From the NCBI RefSeq assembly GCF_000143415.4, contig NW_003314264.1, positions 538,774 through 602,773 on the forward strand: a stretch of 64,000 bases of DNA. Direction: 5' to 3'. The position numbers were made by a program, and so were the translations under genes. Each line of letters starts with the position of its first letter. Position 1 is the stretch's first letter. This DNA comes from Selaginella moellendorffii. Its lineage: Eukaryota > Plantae > Lycopodiophyta. Under the pieces are notes generated by a model. That model did not search any database. It saw only the letters and a list, made by a program, of their open reading frames with translations, and had not been told where the DNA came from. This document shows, piece after piece, positions 29,693 to 42,372 of this stretch.

Positions 29693-30591
29693 TCATTGCC
29701 GGACGTTCCTCACACGCTGTTCGTAGAAATCCAGAAGCTGCAAATTCATGTGTAAGTTCGCTACCATAAAACACGAAAGGAGAAAAAAAAAGAATGAAAA
29801 CTACCAGCTGGGGATAATTTTCGCGCAGGTACTTGTTATCCAGTAGAATCTCCTCGCCATCGGACCTACAGAGCGAAACAAAGCGAACAAGCTCAAGAGA
29901 AAAGCCTAGAAACAAAGGCCAGTCTTACCGTAGAACCTTGAAGGTCACATTGAGATCCTTCTCCCCGTTGCTGAGTTCTCTCGTGGAGTAGCTCATTGCC
30001 TTGAGAATTTTCTCCACCGCGACGTGATTCGCAACAGTGGACTGCAAACTCGGGCTTCCAAGGTCCTGGTGTGGCTTTGCAGCTAGCAATGGAGGCAGGG
30101 CCTTCTCGCCTTCCACTTCAGCTTTCACCTCAGCGTTCACTTCAGCTGCTACCAAAGCTTGCTGACTACAAGAAAGAAAAGAAGCGATTGTTTCATTTGT
30201 CATGAGAGGAAATGACGCTCTTACCTCCGCTCGAAGTCCTTGAGGGCCTGGGGGCAATTCGCTAGGTGCTTGTGCGGCTCCCAAGTATTGAACTCCTCTG
30301 GATATCCCTTCCTGCAGCGAAAGAAAGCCTTTAAGAAAAAAAACATAGAGCGAAGAACACGAAGCACACCATTTTATGTAGTAATGGAGTTTTCCCTGCA
30401 AAGAAAACAGAAGCAAGCATCTTGAGCGAAAGAAGAACCAAAGGAACAGCTCGAACCTCGAAAAGCCTCATCTGCTGGATGGATTCCACCTCATAAAACT
30501 CGTCATCGTCGTTGCGGGATCGCTTGGCGCGCTGCTTGTCCCACTGCTGCGAGCTGTAAAACGACACACTCTTTCTCTTTCTCTTCTCCAT
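29693..30591 (-). CDS. Chromodomain + chromoshadow-domain protein, LHP1/HP1-like, ~196 aa, 6 exons
   Basis: Spliced EFYEVESIQQMRLFEGKLHYYIKWKGYPEEFNTWEP (chromodomain with aromatic cage) and VTFKVLRSDGEEILLDNKYLRENYPQLLLDFYEQR (chromoshadow). Confidence 0.88.
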
Positions 30592-30745
30592 GGTCTAGTA
30601 GCACAGCGCTGCAAAAGGCAACCCAGCAGAGGCTAAAAACACACTCCAAAGCGATGAAAATAAGACTAGCAAGAAAAACGCGACGAAAAGATCGAATAAA
30701 AGAGAGTGAAACGAAGAAGAAAGAAAGAGGGGGAATCACTGGACT

Positions 30746-31036
30746 TTAGTTCAAAGAGAGCGCCGAGAGATTTTCCCCCAGCGAGCACTCGACATGGCAA
30801 GAAACGCGGCAATGCGTGGGGATGAGAACTAATCCCAGGCTCCGAGACTCCGTGCCCGCGCCCTGCCGCTGCTCCAGCGTGTCGTAGAGGATGATATTCC
30901 CTTGCTTGTCCAGGCAGTGGAACTTACCCACGAAAATCCGCCCGTCCGCAACGCCGATGCGCATGCTCCTGTACAGCAGCTTGCGGCACTGCTTCACGCT
31001 CGCCCTCTCCTCCACCTCCACTCCTCCTCCTTCCAT
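30746..31036 (-). CDS. LSm-domain NatC auxiliary subunit (NAA38/MAK31/LSMD1-like), 96 aa, intronless
   Basis: RKLLYRSMRIGVADGRIFVGKFHCLDKQGNIILYD..RSLGLVLIP Sm fold; telo-box just upstream. Confidence 0.85.
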   Translation of the reverse strand: MEGGGVEVEERASVKQCRKLLYRSMRIGVADGRIFVGKFHCLDKQGNIILYDTLEQRQGAGTESRSLGLVLIPTHCRVSCHVECSLGENLSALSLN

Positions 31037-31039
31037 CCA

Positions 31040-31060
31040 AATCCCTAAACCCTAAAACCT
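31040..31060 (-). promoter_or_regulatory. Telo-box (AAACCCTA) upstream of the NAA38-like gene; similar boxes at ~20139, ~26962, ~27151, ~36228, ~43264
   Basis: AATCCCTAAACCCTAAAACC directly 5' of the ATG. Confidence 0.55.
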
Positions 31061-31327
31061 CTCTTCTTTATTGCGCAGCACTCTTGTGTTCTTCCGGGAA
31101 ACGTGGAGAGCAAAAGAATAAAACCGCTCGACTTGGTTGTGGTCGCTAAAAAGAGAACTAATGTACAATTTTTTACTTTCTCACCACCATTTTTTTTTCT
31201 TCGGTAGCTCCTGCGAGATTCAATCCAAAAAGACGAGAAAGAAAACAGAGAAAAGAAATAAAGAAAGAGAGAAAAAGAAGAAAGAAAGAAAAATAAAAAA
31301 CCGAACGAAAAATGGGTACCGTGGTAG

Positions 31328-34300
31328 CTAGCAGTTCAATCCACACTGTTGCAAGTGAGGCCCCTGGGTCTTCGGCAAGAATGGATCGATCCTCACCCAA
31401 AGCAGCGAGAAGATCGAAGCCAGCAGGATCGACCAGACGATGACGATGGTTGGCGTCCTGTTTTGCCGTCCCATGAGCCCCTTGAGGAACGGATACAAGT
31501 GGACGATCACCCAGAACGCGAAGAACAGCTTCCCGAACAGCGGCCCCCACGACTGGTACCCGCTGTTGATGGCGTCCGCCAAACCGGCCACCACTCCCAC
31601 CAGGTTGATGATGAGCAGCGTCGTCGGGGGGACGAGCAGCGTCGTCCACTTGAGCGTGTAGAGCTCGCCAAACTCCTCGTCGTCCGTGGCCTTGGACGTC
31701 ACCGTGAAGTTGGTGTCGATACCGGCGAGGACTTTGAGCAGGCCCTGGAACACCGCGAAGAGGTGGGACGAGACGCCGCCGATGACCCAGAACTGCTCGT
31801 TCCTCCACCACTCCTCGATGCCGACGTTGCTCCACCGCATCTCCAGAATGGCCGTGGCGAAGATGGACACGAACATGGAGATGAACCACAAGCTGGCGAA
31901 GTTGCTTATCTGGACGTGTCAAAAAGGAGACGATGTGAGCTTCAAGAAACTTGTAACAAAGCTTCGTACGTACCTCTGGGATGATGAACTTGCCGGTGAG
32001 CAAACAGACTGCTGGAAGCGTGCAGTAGGCCACGAGAGGAATGGACGTGAGAGGATAGACCGTCGTGTTGATGTACGCAAATCTCTCGAGCCATTTCAGC
32101 CGGCCACCGTAGCCATACCACAGGGGACAATGCCTGCTCAGGAAGATCTCAACGGACCCCAAAGCCCACCGGAGCACCTGGTTGAGACGATCGGACAAGT
32201 TGATAGGTGCGGATCCCTTGAATGCAGCTCGTTGAGGCATGCAGTAGATTGATCTCCAACCACGAGCGTGCATCTTGAAACCAGTCAAGATATCTTCCGT
32301 GACTGAGCCGTAAATCCATCCAATCTGAAACAGTTACATAAATGTGTGAGGAATGTCTCTGAACTTGCATTGCGTTACCTCTTTTCCCCACTCGGTTTTG
32401 TCTTCGTAACCACAACTAATCACGTGAATGGCTTCTTTCAAAAGGGAGGCGGGGCTCGCGGACTGAGGAACACCTCCGTGCTCCAAAAGTGTTGATGCGA
32501 TAAAAACAGGAGATTGACCAAACCGCTTTTCAAAATTCTTTTGAGACATTAGCGTCGATTTCTCTTCATCAAATCCTGAAATGAAAAAAAGAGTTATGAA
32601 AAAAGAAAAACACCTGAGTAAACTGTTTACCTTCAAATCCTTCTTCTATGTCATCGAGGTTGAAGATTGGGACGGACGAATCACTCCTGGTAGACATCAT
32701 TCTCTTCTCCATCTTCTTCACTTTTTGCTTCTTGGTCTTCTTCCGCTTCCCACAACAAAATCCGGGACAGCAATCACAAGTACTGGCCGCTTCCTTCTCT
32801 TTCTCTCCAGCAGGTGCCTCGTAACCATAAAGCGATTGTCTTCGGAAGACGCAACCTGTACCCACGTATACGGGGCCCTGAATGCCATCGAGACCTTTCA
32901 TGTTAATCTGAAAAATCACAGAGTCAGCAACTGTAAACACCTAACGTTTAGTAGTCTTACGTCAAAGAAGACGGTGTTGCGGTTAGCGTATCGATCGTGA
33001 CGATCAATACCATCAAACCTCTGAGGAAACTGCACGTAGCAAACCTTCCTCCCTAATGTTGGATCCATCATAAAGCACATAGCCTCTCTCACAGCCTTGC
33101 TGTTGTTTATGTAGTGATCGCAATCCAAGTTAAGAAAATATGGAGCATTCGTTAGCACCGCAGACACTCGCACCTAGAGAAGTTGATTGTCAACAAAAAC
33201 ATAAAAGATCAGAGTATAGAGACCGTACCAAGGCATTCATAGCACCGGCCTTCTTGTGATGGTTAAACCCAGGGCGCTTCTCACGAGAAACATACACCAG
33301 GCGAGGTAACTCATTTCCTTCCGTGTCATGACCACCACTATGACCCAAGAACACCTGCAAACACTCATTCTTTATCGGTCCTGACAGAAATGAAGGAATA
33401 CGTACCTGAATCATGCCCGGATGATCGCGCGTATTGTTTCCAGGCCACGGAGTCCCATCTTGCATCGTCCATCCCTCCTCTGGAACTTTTTGCGCCTTTG
33501 CAACCAGAGCATTGATGCGAACTTTAAACTCCTCGTACTCCCTCTGCATGTTCACTGTTAGGAAATAGAAACACGAAATGCATATACATACCTTCATGGC
33601 GCGTCTTTCTTTTACAAAACTCGGTTGGACTTTATCCTTCAAATAGTCAATCTTTTGCGCAAAGTACCATTCGGGTGCCCGAGGCTCAATGTTGAACTTC
33701 TTGCAAAACGGCACCCATTTGCGAGCAAACTCGGAAGTTTCAGAGAGCGCCTCGAATGTCAACATTGCAGCACCATCGTCTGAAACGTAGCAAGAAACTT
33801 TGTCGACGGGATAATCAACTGACAAGATCGAAAGAACGGTGTTCGCCGTGACTAACGGCGGCTCTTTCATCGGATCCACAGTACTAACGTAGACATCGAC
33901 AGAAGCGAGTTGCGATGGCTCCCCATCTTTCTCATATCTGAAACGCACGCCATTAAAATCAACATCAATGGCAATGTATATACTACCGCGCCTACCTCAA
34001 AGAAAGTCTGTCCAGGTACGTCTCTCGTTCGATTGGAAGCCATTTTGGAAACTGATCAAGAATCCAAGACAACGCGAACCAGATCTCGCAAATGATCGAC
34101 GTCAACCACAAGGGGTATGCATCTCGCACGGGATTCATAATTCTATAACGGAAGAAGAATCCCAGGATCACCAGACGAATGACTATAATCATTCTGTAAG
34201 GATTGATCCTACTCGAGGGGATTGGAACCTTTCTTGAAAGAGGCTGTCTCGCCTCGTCCATTCTACAGAAACATAAAACCATTAGCAAGATGAGGCAAAA

Positions 34301-35562
34301 AGCAAAACGACGTACATTGGTAGGTCGGGTCCATTCCCATCGTCACCATGGTCTCCTCCCTTTCCATCTCCTTGGTTGCCTTCAGTCATCATCATTTGCA
34401 TTTTCTGCTGCTTTAGCTTCCAGCTCTCCAACCTCTCTTTCCAGGCCACGCTTCCATAGCCATAAGATGCCAGATCCTTATCAGGATCCATCATGGATCT
34501 GGGTTGAACTGTGACGACAAAACAAATATATCGTTTAATACAGCGTGCGTGTGCCATATCATCGTTAACACCAACCTTGAAGGTTCGGATCGATGTAAGG
34601 AAGAGGGTGTACGCGTTTTCCACCGAGCATAGGTGGCACAACGATTGCATGATGGTCGGGAGGAATTCCATGGAGCTCTCCAGAAAACTGGTAAAAAGAC
34701 AAAAGAGAGTGGTGAGTTTGCATGTAATCTAGCAGAAAAAAGATAAAAGAAAAAAAGTGAAAGCCACAGAAAAAGCTAGGCAGAAAGTTACCATCTCTCC
34801 GTTGGTGAGCAGAGGATGCCTTGGCTGGATGGGCTGCATCATATCCGGCGGCAAGTCCTGCTCGTCCCCGCGCCCATAGCTCATGTGCCCATGCAGCATT
34901 GCCTCGGCAATGTGCTGCTGCCTCTCCTGGCGATCCTCATTGAAATTAAACTCGTTCTCGAGATCGTCAACATCGTCCTCGTCCTCGTCTCCCTCGACGC
35001 GAGGGCTACCTGCATTCGCCCAACAGGAAAAGGAAAACCCAGTAAGCCACAGCTCCTGCGAACCCGAGCAAAGATCACGCTAGCTCTTTACCTTTGTGGC
35101 GCCGGTATCGCGTTTTACACTGGGGGCACGACTGGTTTCCATCCTTGCGCTCGTACTCGTAGCAAGGGCGACACACCGGGAAGGCACACTCGTTGCACGC
35201 AACGAAGAGCTCGCCATCGACTGTACACCCGACGTCATCCCCACAGATTTGGCAGACTTGGCCGTTGAGGTGCTTCAATGGCTTCACCTGCATTGAGCAA
35301 ATAAATCCACCAACATCATCCAACGAGGCCAACCACCAAGAACAAAACAAAAGAAAAGAGAGATTGCGCGAAAAGGCCCGAGAGCCCGAGGCCAGGCCGC
35401 CCGGGCCTAGGATTCCCGGCCAGATGCGCGAAATTCGAGAGAAAAGAAAGAAATCTCGAGCAAGGAGAGGAGATTTTGGCGTACCCCGTCTCCTTCCTGC
35501 CGGATGACCACCAGCTCGTTGCGATTGTGCGACCCCGCGACTAATCCCGCGCTCGCCTCCAT
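31328..35562 (-). CDS. CESA: Cellulose synthase catalytic subunit
   Basis: [22 protein letters not shown]-type [38 protein letters not shown]-terminal TM helices. Confidence 0.98.
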
Positions 35563-37222
35563 TGGCCGCCAAAAACCCCCCCGGATCGAAATATCACCCG
35601 ATCACTCCTCCCCCGCGATGGATTCGCGGCGGCGCTGCCGTGGCGACGATGAATCGGGGCCGAAATCCCGCTCCTGCTGCTGGCGCCGTGCAAATGCGGC
35701 CCCGCATTCACGCGAGACAAAAGCTCCCAGCGGCGATCTTCACAATGCCGCGCCTCCAACCTCGCGAGATCGCTGTGCCTGGGCCGCGCGGTCACGCTGC
35801 ATGCCCTCGCCCTCGCGAGCCACCACAAAAAACGCTAAAACGCGCACACTCTCACTACCAGGCACACGAGAGCTCCCCATCATTCGCCATGCCCAAAAAA
35901 ATGAAGGTCTCCGCCGCCAGAATATCCCCCACGCCGCCGGAATATCCTTCCCCCGCGCACGTGCCTGGCTGCCCGCGGGCAGCGGGCCGGACAGCTAGCT
36001 CGGAAGCGGAATAGGTGGCCTCCGTAACCCGAGCCCGCCAAAGGCCAGGTGGCGGGCAGATTCCCCAGAGTAGGTGGCGGGAATATGCCCCGCCGTGTGG
36101 CGGCCACTACTAACGTATGACATGATGTCCTGGAAAAGTTTGCGATACAAGGCAATCTGACGCTCATGACACGTGGAAAATCACTATTACGATTATGATC
36201 GCACCCGGGTCAAAGCTAAATCTTGCTTTAGGGTTTACGCGGGTTCGCGCCAGCCTGGCATGCCCTAGCGCCGTCAGCTAACGGCGGGCAGCGTGGGCCT
36301 GCCCGGGGTTTACCCCCAACCCCACTGTTTGTGTGGAAAAAAAGGGTGGTGCACAAGGCTTATATGTTGGTTTGTGACAGCCAGCTTGTCCTCCTCTTTC
36401 TTTTTTGCTTTCAATTATCAACTTCATTGCTGTCCCTGCTGTGTTGCATGCCCCATTGTTTTTTTTTTCCTCTCTTTGCTTTGCCTGTGCGACTAGTGGT
36501 GCCCGTCTACATCTTTGCTTGTCCCTCTCACACAGCCCCTTTCTTTGCTTCGCTTTCTTTGCTTGTGTTCGTCTTTGGCTGCCAATAAAAACACCCCATT
36601 GACAAGCGCGCAAGTCCATAAACTTGGAGCTTTGTCTGTTTTGTTGTTGAGCTCTCTTTCCACGCTCGAGAACGATTTACGTTAATGTACCATTTAAAGT
36701 GTCGTGGCGCGGTGTCCCCACCCATATGGCATTTTGGCAGCCCGGCCAGGAGTCAGTTGCAACGAGAAAGCATCGCTTGACTTCGCCTGGGATACAACGC
36801 GCGTCACATCAAAACAGAGGTTACTCTTACCCCTCCAGGAGGATCAAAGCCGATCCGGGAAAACAAAAACTGTCTGTGCTGGTGTACTACTGTAGTGTAG
36901 TGTAGTCGTGTCGCTCCTACGTTTCGGTGGCAGACGGTCCGGCTGGAAAATGAAAAGGAGAAAAATCAGAAAGTGAATATCGAGTGAACTCCTTTACCAG
37001 TAGGATCAGATGCAGTAAGAGGGGGAGGATGTCGGTGTGGTTTTTGTGGGAAATCTTCCCACTTTGCGGCTTTTAAGACCTTCCTGCCAATCTCCCAGGC
37101 GCTTTTCATTTGCTTTTCCCCCCTGACGTTGACATGAAATGTCTCCTATTGGGACGCGTCCTATGCTTGAATCTCACTCCACCTAAATGTCCCGTCCTTA
37201 AAAACTGGACTAAGTTAGTCCA

Positions 37223-37244
37223 CGAGAGAGAGAGAGAGAGAGAG
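37223..37244. repeat. (GA)n microsatellite
   Basis: About 11 GA units. Confidence 0.85.
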
Positions 37245-37462
37245 AATGAAAAGAAAAGCATACGCTTGCCTGGGAGAGATGGCCCAACATGAAAGGCTCA
37301 CGGGGCCACTAGATTTGCACATGGCTCCACCGCTGCTACACTGGATACTGTTCGACAAAAACCCCAACAAGAAGCGTAAGCAGAATATAGCGACTTTGAC
37401 AGATCCTTCTTCATAATTTAGCTCACGACTTGTGAAACACTACACCGGTCTGTAGTCAGTTC

Positions 37463-39496
37463 CTACTTGTGATACAAGAAGGCGATGCCGAAAACAAAAA
37501 AGCCTGCCATCTGTAATAACAAGGATCAGATCATCCACCAAACAAGCAACCACCGTAATATATGTACCATTGAAAACGCGCCCCCGTAGTAAGGGTATGC
37601 AGCCTTGATGAACCTTTCGTACTCGTTATGACGAGAAGGTCTCACAGGGATCTGCATGGGCACGCATTTAGTACCACATTTGAATGTCTTCAAGTCTATT
37701 TACCTGCTTGCTCAGGTCCAGAGTGGTGTAGCCGAGTCTCTTATAATCAACCTTGAATTGGAATACTCCATAGACGTCCGGGACTTGAAAGGATGTCTCG
37801 TATTTACCCTGCATTGCCATACAGCTGATAAATCCATAACTCAGTCCAGCCCTTACAGCACCTTCCCGTTGTGATTCAATGTCTTGAGTACATAAGGGCT
37901 CATCATGTAGAACTCCACTTGGACGTCATCTGCTTGGTATGGCTGCCAGTTTTTGCCCGTCCATTCGTAAATCTCGAGAGAAAATTCCTGCGTCAAACAG
38001 AAAGCAAAGAGTAAGAGCTACGCATTCAGTCAACTTGCTTAACCCACCAGATGGTCGGTGATTCTGTACATCGAAGGCTCGCCGCTCTCTCCAACTTTGT
38101 GATGTTGTAGATTTACAGCCTGGAGAATGAGAGGTTAGCGCCAAAATAGTCCTGCGTTTTTAGGATCACCTTTAAGTGGCCCCTTTCATGAAACACCCAC
38201 TTGCTCAGCTCATCAACGAACTCCTGGTTGCCTGATTTATCGAACCTAAAACAAACACGAAACTTTAGAAATGAATCATCATCAGACTGGAGCTCAGACC
38301 TCTCTGTACTTCCAGTGATTCGAACAGGAGAATTGATGAAACTGCAAGAAGACAAGCTCACCAGTCACAACCAAATTTAGAGAAGCAAACAATGCTCACT
38401 TGTCGCTGAACATGTCCAAGGACCCCGATATTAAGATGCGTGCGTTGTTTCTAGCCTGCAAGGAAAAATAAAAAAATGAAAAGAAGCAGAAGAAATGAAT
38501 ACAACGCATACCTGGACAACAGAGACCAGTCCGATACTTGTGCCAGTGAGAGCAGGAGGACTCGCCAATACAGCATTCGGATTCGCTGAATACGCTGAGG
38601 ACGATGCAGTCAACACCTTTATAGCCTGGAATTCTAGATGAACAATACGTTGAAACTAGCAGAAAGCACACTCACCAGGCTATTCGCGGGACTCACTACG
38701 TGCCCTATGCCACGGTAGAGAATGGGAGCCTAGCAGAAATATTTGTTAGACAGTAAGCACCTTACAAAAAGAAGAGCTATTCGATACCTGAATTTCCTTG
38801 GCACCAAGAATGACCTTAGATTTTATAAGGTTCTTCGCTGCAAGCAAACTGTGGTCTTTGGCATCGCGTGCATCATCAAAACTCAGATGGTCTATCACAA
38901 CGGAATCGAAATCCTGAAAATGACGAGATGAATTTTCCAGAATGCTAAATTCACAAAGCTTCACGTACCTCTTCAAACTCTACTCCACATTCGGCAGCCA
39001 GGTTGCGAATAAACTGCGAGGTGGTGGAATTCGCAGCCAAAATCAAGTCATGTCCCGAGTCCACAAAGTCGAGCACTGCCTCGCTCGTGAGCGAGCCACC
39101 CAATTCTTCACGAACAAACCAAAAACGTGAGGCGATATTTCTACTTTCACACAGATCTTTGCAATGCTTACTTTCGACCGAAGGAGAGAAAATCACGAGA
39201 GCGTCGTACAAATACTCTCCATACCTTTGAAGCGCTAGCTTCGGATCTGTCGAAAGCTTCAAATCCAGCTCGTAGCCTCTGTCTACAGCCTCGGATCAGC
39301 AAAGAATGCACGAAAATGCGATGCTGCGCAGCAAACCTGAGAGGGATTTGAAGAACAACGAATGCGTGGACTCGATGGCGAGATCCTCCAGAAGAACAAG
39401 AACGCGCCGATCGGTTGGATTCTCCTCAGTAAAGGCCGCGCAGCTGAGCATCAGGGACGCGACCACTGCCGCGACGATTGCCTCTGCCCCCGCCAT
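37463..39496 (-). CDS. DGL1: Oligosaccharyltransferase 48 kDa subunit (OST48/WBP1/DGL1)
   Basis: Signal peptide; [66 protein letters not shown]; C-terminal TM ending FLYHK*. Confidence 0.95.
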
Positions 39497-39909
39497 GGCA
39501 CCCGACAATATAGGTCACACCAGATTCAGGGTTCTACAAACAAATTAGAGCCGACGGTTTGGATTTCATCAATCCAACGGCTGCTATGGAGCTTCATCCG
39601 ACGGTCGACAGTTTCGGAAATGATAGAATTGATCGATCTTTCGAAGAGCATTGCCTTGAAGACGAGTTACATCAAAACTTCCATTCCTCTTCAGCTATAA
39701 AGATTAGAATTTGCAGCCAGTGGAAGCAAGCTTCGGCAAGTAAAGATACATACTTTTGAGTTGTTCTCAAAGAATGAATTTCGTGGTGTTCACTCCGAGA
39801 GCTGGAACATATCACCGTTGTTCAAGCCTTCTAAAACTCCAAGGCACGTATCAAGTATGTCAGCCATGGGAGTTTAAACGATCTTACTACACTTTGGACG
39901 AACTCTAGC

Positions 39910-41519
39910 TTAAGTGGCCGCCACACCCTTCCCCTCGCAGTCTTCACAAACCACAGTCCCCGAGCCATCACAGTATGGGCACTTGGCCCCTTCGCCGGCC
40001 CAGTCGAGGAACTGCAAGTTTAAACGAGTATAAGTAACACCGAATGGAAGTGCTTGAAAGCTTGCCTGTTCTTCGACGTTAAGTTCTCCAGTGCCATCGC
40101 ATTCTGCAAACCAATCTTTGAGATATGTAGAAGAGAAAGTTTGAGAAGTACCAACCCGAGCACAGTGTCTGGCCTTCGCCTCTACACGTATAGCAGTTCT
40201 GAGACGCAGCGGGATTCGCTTGCCGCCTGTGCAACAGTCTCTCCGGATCCTCCCATCGATTTTCTCCCAGGAGGTAAACTCGTCCGGTGGAGCTTCTATC
40301 CACAACCTCTGGGCTCTGTATAAAGTCGAAGGGTAAGGCCTCAAAAAGCTCCAAACGTTTTACAGGAACTAAGATACCTCGGGCGGTTTGATCGCAGCAG
40401 AGGTATTCACTGTTATGACTTGATGCTCACTGATAAGTTGCGACAACACTTGCGCAGTAACAATTCCATCCTCTGCAGCACCTATGGATGACTGCATGCC
40501 AGATTCAAGACACGGGGTCATACCTTGCGAGACGAAGGCAAGACAGAGGAAGTAGCAAAAGAGTACCTGCCATGACTTCACAGCCCGGTCTGTGCCGCTA
40601 GAGAAAGAAGCATACTCCATGTCGTCGTCCCCGCAATAGAACCCAAGCTTTGCAAGAGCCTCCTGCGAATTCACAAGGAAAAGAACAAGATGGCAATGGT
40701 TTAGAAATACTTGGAGCAAGAAAGAAAATGAAACGAAGAGAATGCCGGACGCAAAAACGAAAAGGAAAGCACGTACCACACCTGGAGAAGCTTAACATCA
40801 TCGCCCTCAGCCCCGTATTTCAAGCTCCGCGCTTCCTGCTTGTTGGAGATGGCGTGCTTCTTCTCTGTCTTGGAAGAACCTTTGGTGCCACCTTTGGAGT
40901 TGGAAGAACTTTTGGTCTGGCCAGCGCTAGTCTCCGAGGGCGATAGAACGAACTTGATGCTCTCCACGGATTTCTCGGTAACCATGGGTGGAGCCTTCGC
41001 TGGCTGGGACGGTGGCGCCACTGCCTCTTCATTTCTATCGCTCAAAGTTCGCAGGAGACCCACGAGAACATCTCTAAGCGACGAAGGAGAGGCGTCGTGC
41101 TTGTCAGGGACTTGATCGCTGCGGCTCAACCTCTCCACCTCCTTCCTGAGGCTAGTGATCTCTTCCTTCATCCGCGACGACTCAACTGCCCAATATTCTC
41201 GATCGCTGTTCCAGCGCTTCTCTTCACGTAACCATCGCTGCTCCTCCCTCTTCCACCTCTCCTCCTCGCGGAGCCACCGGGCCTCCTCGCGCTCCCAGTA
41301 GGTGCCGCTGCTCGATTCCTGGGCCGATACAATGCGAGCGCTGCGAAATCTCGTCCTCGCGGCGATTCCCTTGCGGAGGCTGTGAGCGCCGCGAAATTCA
41401 GACGGGAATCTGCGCTGGGAGCTCGTGAGGTTGTTGCCATGGATTTGGAACGCGCAGGAGCCCGATGACGCTGCTGCCGCTGGAAATCGCCCGGTGACGA
41501 TGCACGATAGGCAAGGCAT
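39910..41519 (-). CDS. PTAC5: pTAC5-like plastid protein (W/E/R coiled coil, peptidoglycan-binding domain, DnaJ-type zinc finger)
   Basis: WEREEARWLREEERW; LKYGAEGDDVKLLQEALAKLGFYCG..DMEYASF; RVYLLGENRWEDPERL; CxxCxGxG repeats. Confidence 0.9.
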
Positions 41520-41841
41520 TTCTCGCGCTCGCGATTAAGCATCAAGAGAGGGGAATGTGGCCCTCACCGGAGATCCCCGCGCATTTTTTTCGTCCACACC
41601 TCCAAACAGCCCTAAAACCATAGCCAAGATGACATAACAAATACCAACCGATGGATAAAATGCATGACATCCAGACCGTCGATTTTAGTTTCAAGATTTC
41701 GAAGAGAATATGCGTCGATTCTCCAAATTACCTTTTTAGAAGAATAAGAATATTCTTGAACCATGAAAAGGTTCTCGCGCTCTAAACTATAAAGCCCCAT
41801 CTCCCCCAAATCCTAATTCTCACAGTGAAAGAGAAAAGAGA

Positions 41842-42063
41842 ATGGCGACAAAAAGGAGCATTTGTTTGAGGATCCTTTTGGTGATCCTGGCAGTTCTAGC
41901 TTTTGTTGCTGAGAGTCGCATGCTCCCAGGATCATCAAGCAGCAGCAGTAGCGAGCCACCCTTTTGCCCGGTGCCAAATGTTGGAGCGTCTTGCAAGGCC
42001 GTGGGCGATTGTTGTCTAGGCTTGGCGTGCATCGACCAAGAGTGTGTGGAATTCGGGTTTTAG
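41842..42063 (+). CDS. Small secreted cysteine-rich peptide with a knottin-like pattern
   Basis: Hydrophobic signal peptide ending AES, Ser-rich spacer, then C-x8-C-x5-CC-x4-C-x4-C; TATA-like CTATAAA at ~41787. Confidence 0.7.
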   Translation: MATKRSICLRILLVILAVLAFVAESRMLPGSSSSSSSEPPFCPVPNVGASCKAVGDCCLGLACIDQECVEFGF

Positions 42064-42199
42064 ATAAAACGAGCCTTCCAACAGTGAACTAATCTAGGTT
42101 TAACAAAAGTTTGTCTTGTAAAGGCAATGTGTAATGGACTATCACCTCAAAATATTTTGTGATCTAAAGAAAATCTTGTCAAGCTGTAATCATCCTAAT

Positions 42200-42243
42200 G
42201 CCTCTATAGCTCAGTGGTAGATCGTCAGTCTTGTAAACTTGAA
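42200..42243 (+). pseudogene. 5'-half tRNA-Thr(TGT) fragment
   Basis: GCCTCTATAGCTCAGTGGTAGATCGTCAGTCTTGTAAACT matches the tRNA at 44833-44904 with one mismatch; T-arm and 3' acceptor are absent. Confidence 0.85.
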
Positions 42244-42372
42244 ATTTCGGTCCTTAACCCTAGACTTGCTTATCTCAAAAGAGCTTTCAAGCATACGGTC
42301 TTACGGTATAGAAACGAGGGAGTTAAACACTGGACCACTTAGTCTACACAGAAAACTTACAAGATTATACAT

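Noticed and set aside
31349-32252. Long antisense ORFs over the CesA 3' exons (and similarly over MYB and the CR-like gene)
   Set aside because: Explained by high GC3 codon bias on the sense strand.
13724-35562. Cell-wall regulon cluster (MYB61-like plus CesA)
   Set aside because: Proximity only; no shared structure visible, and such adjacency is expected by chance at this gene density.
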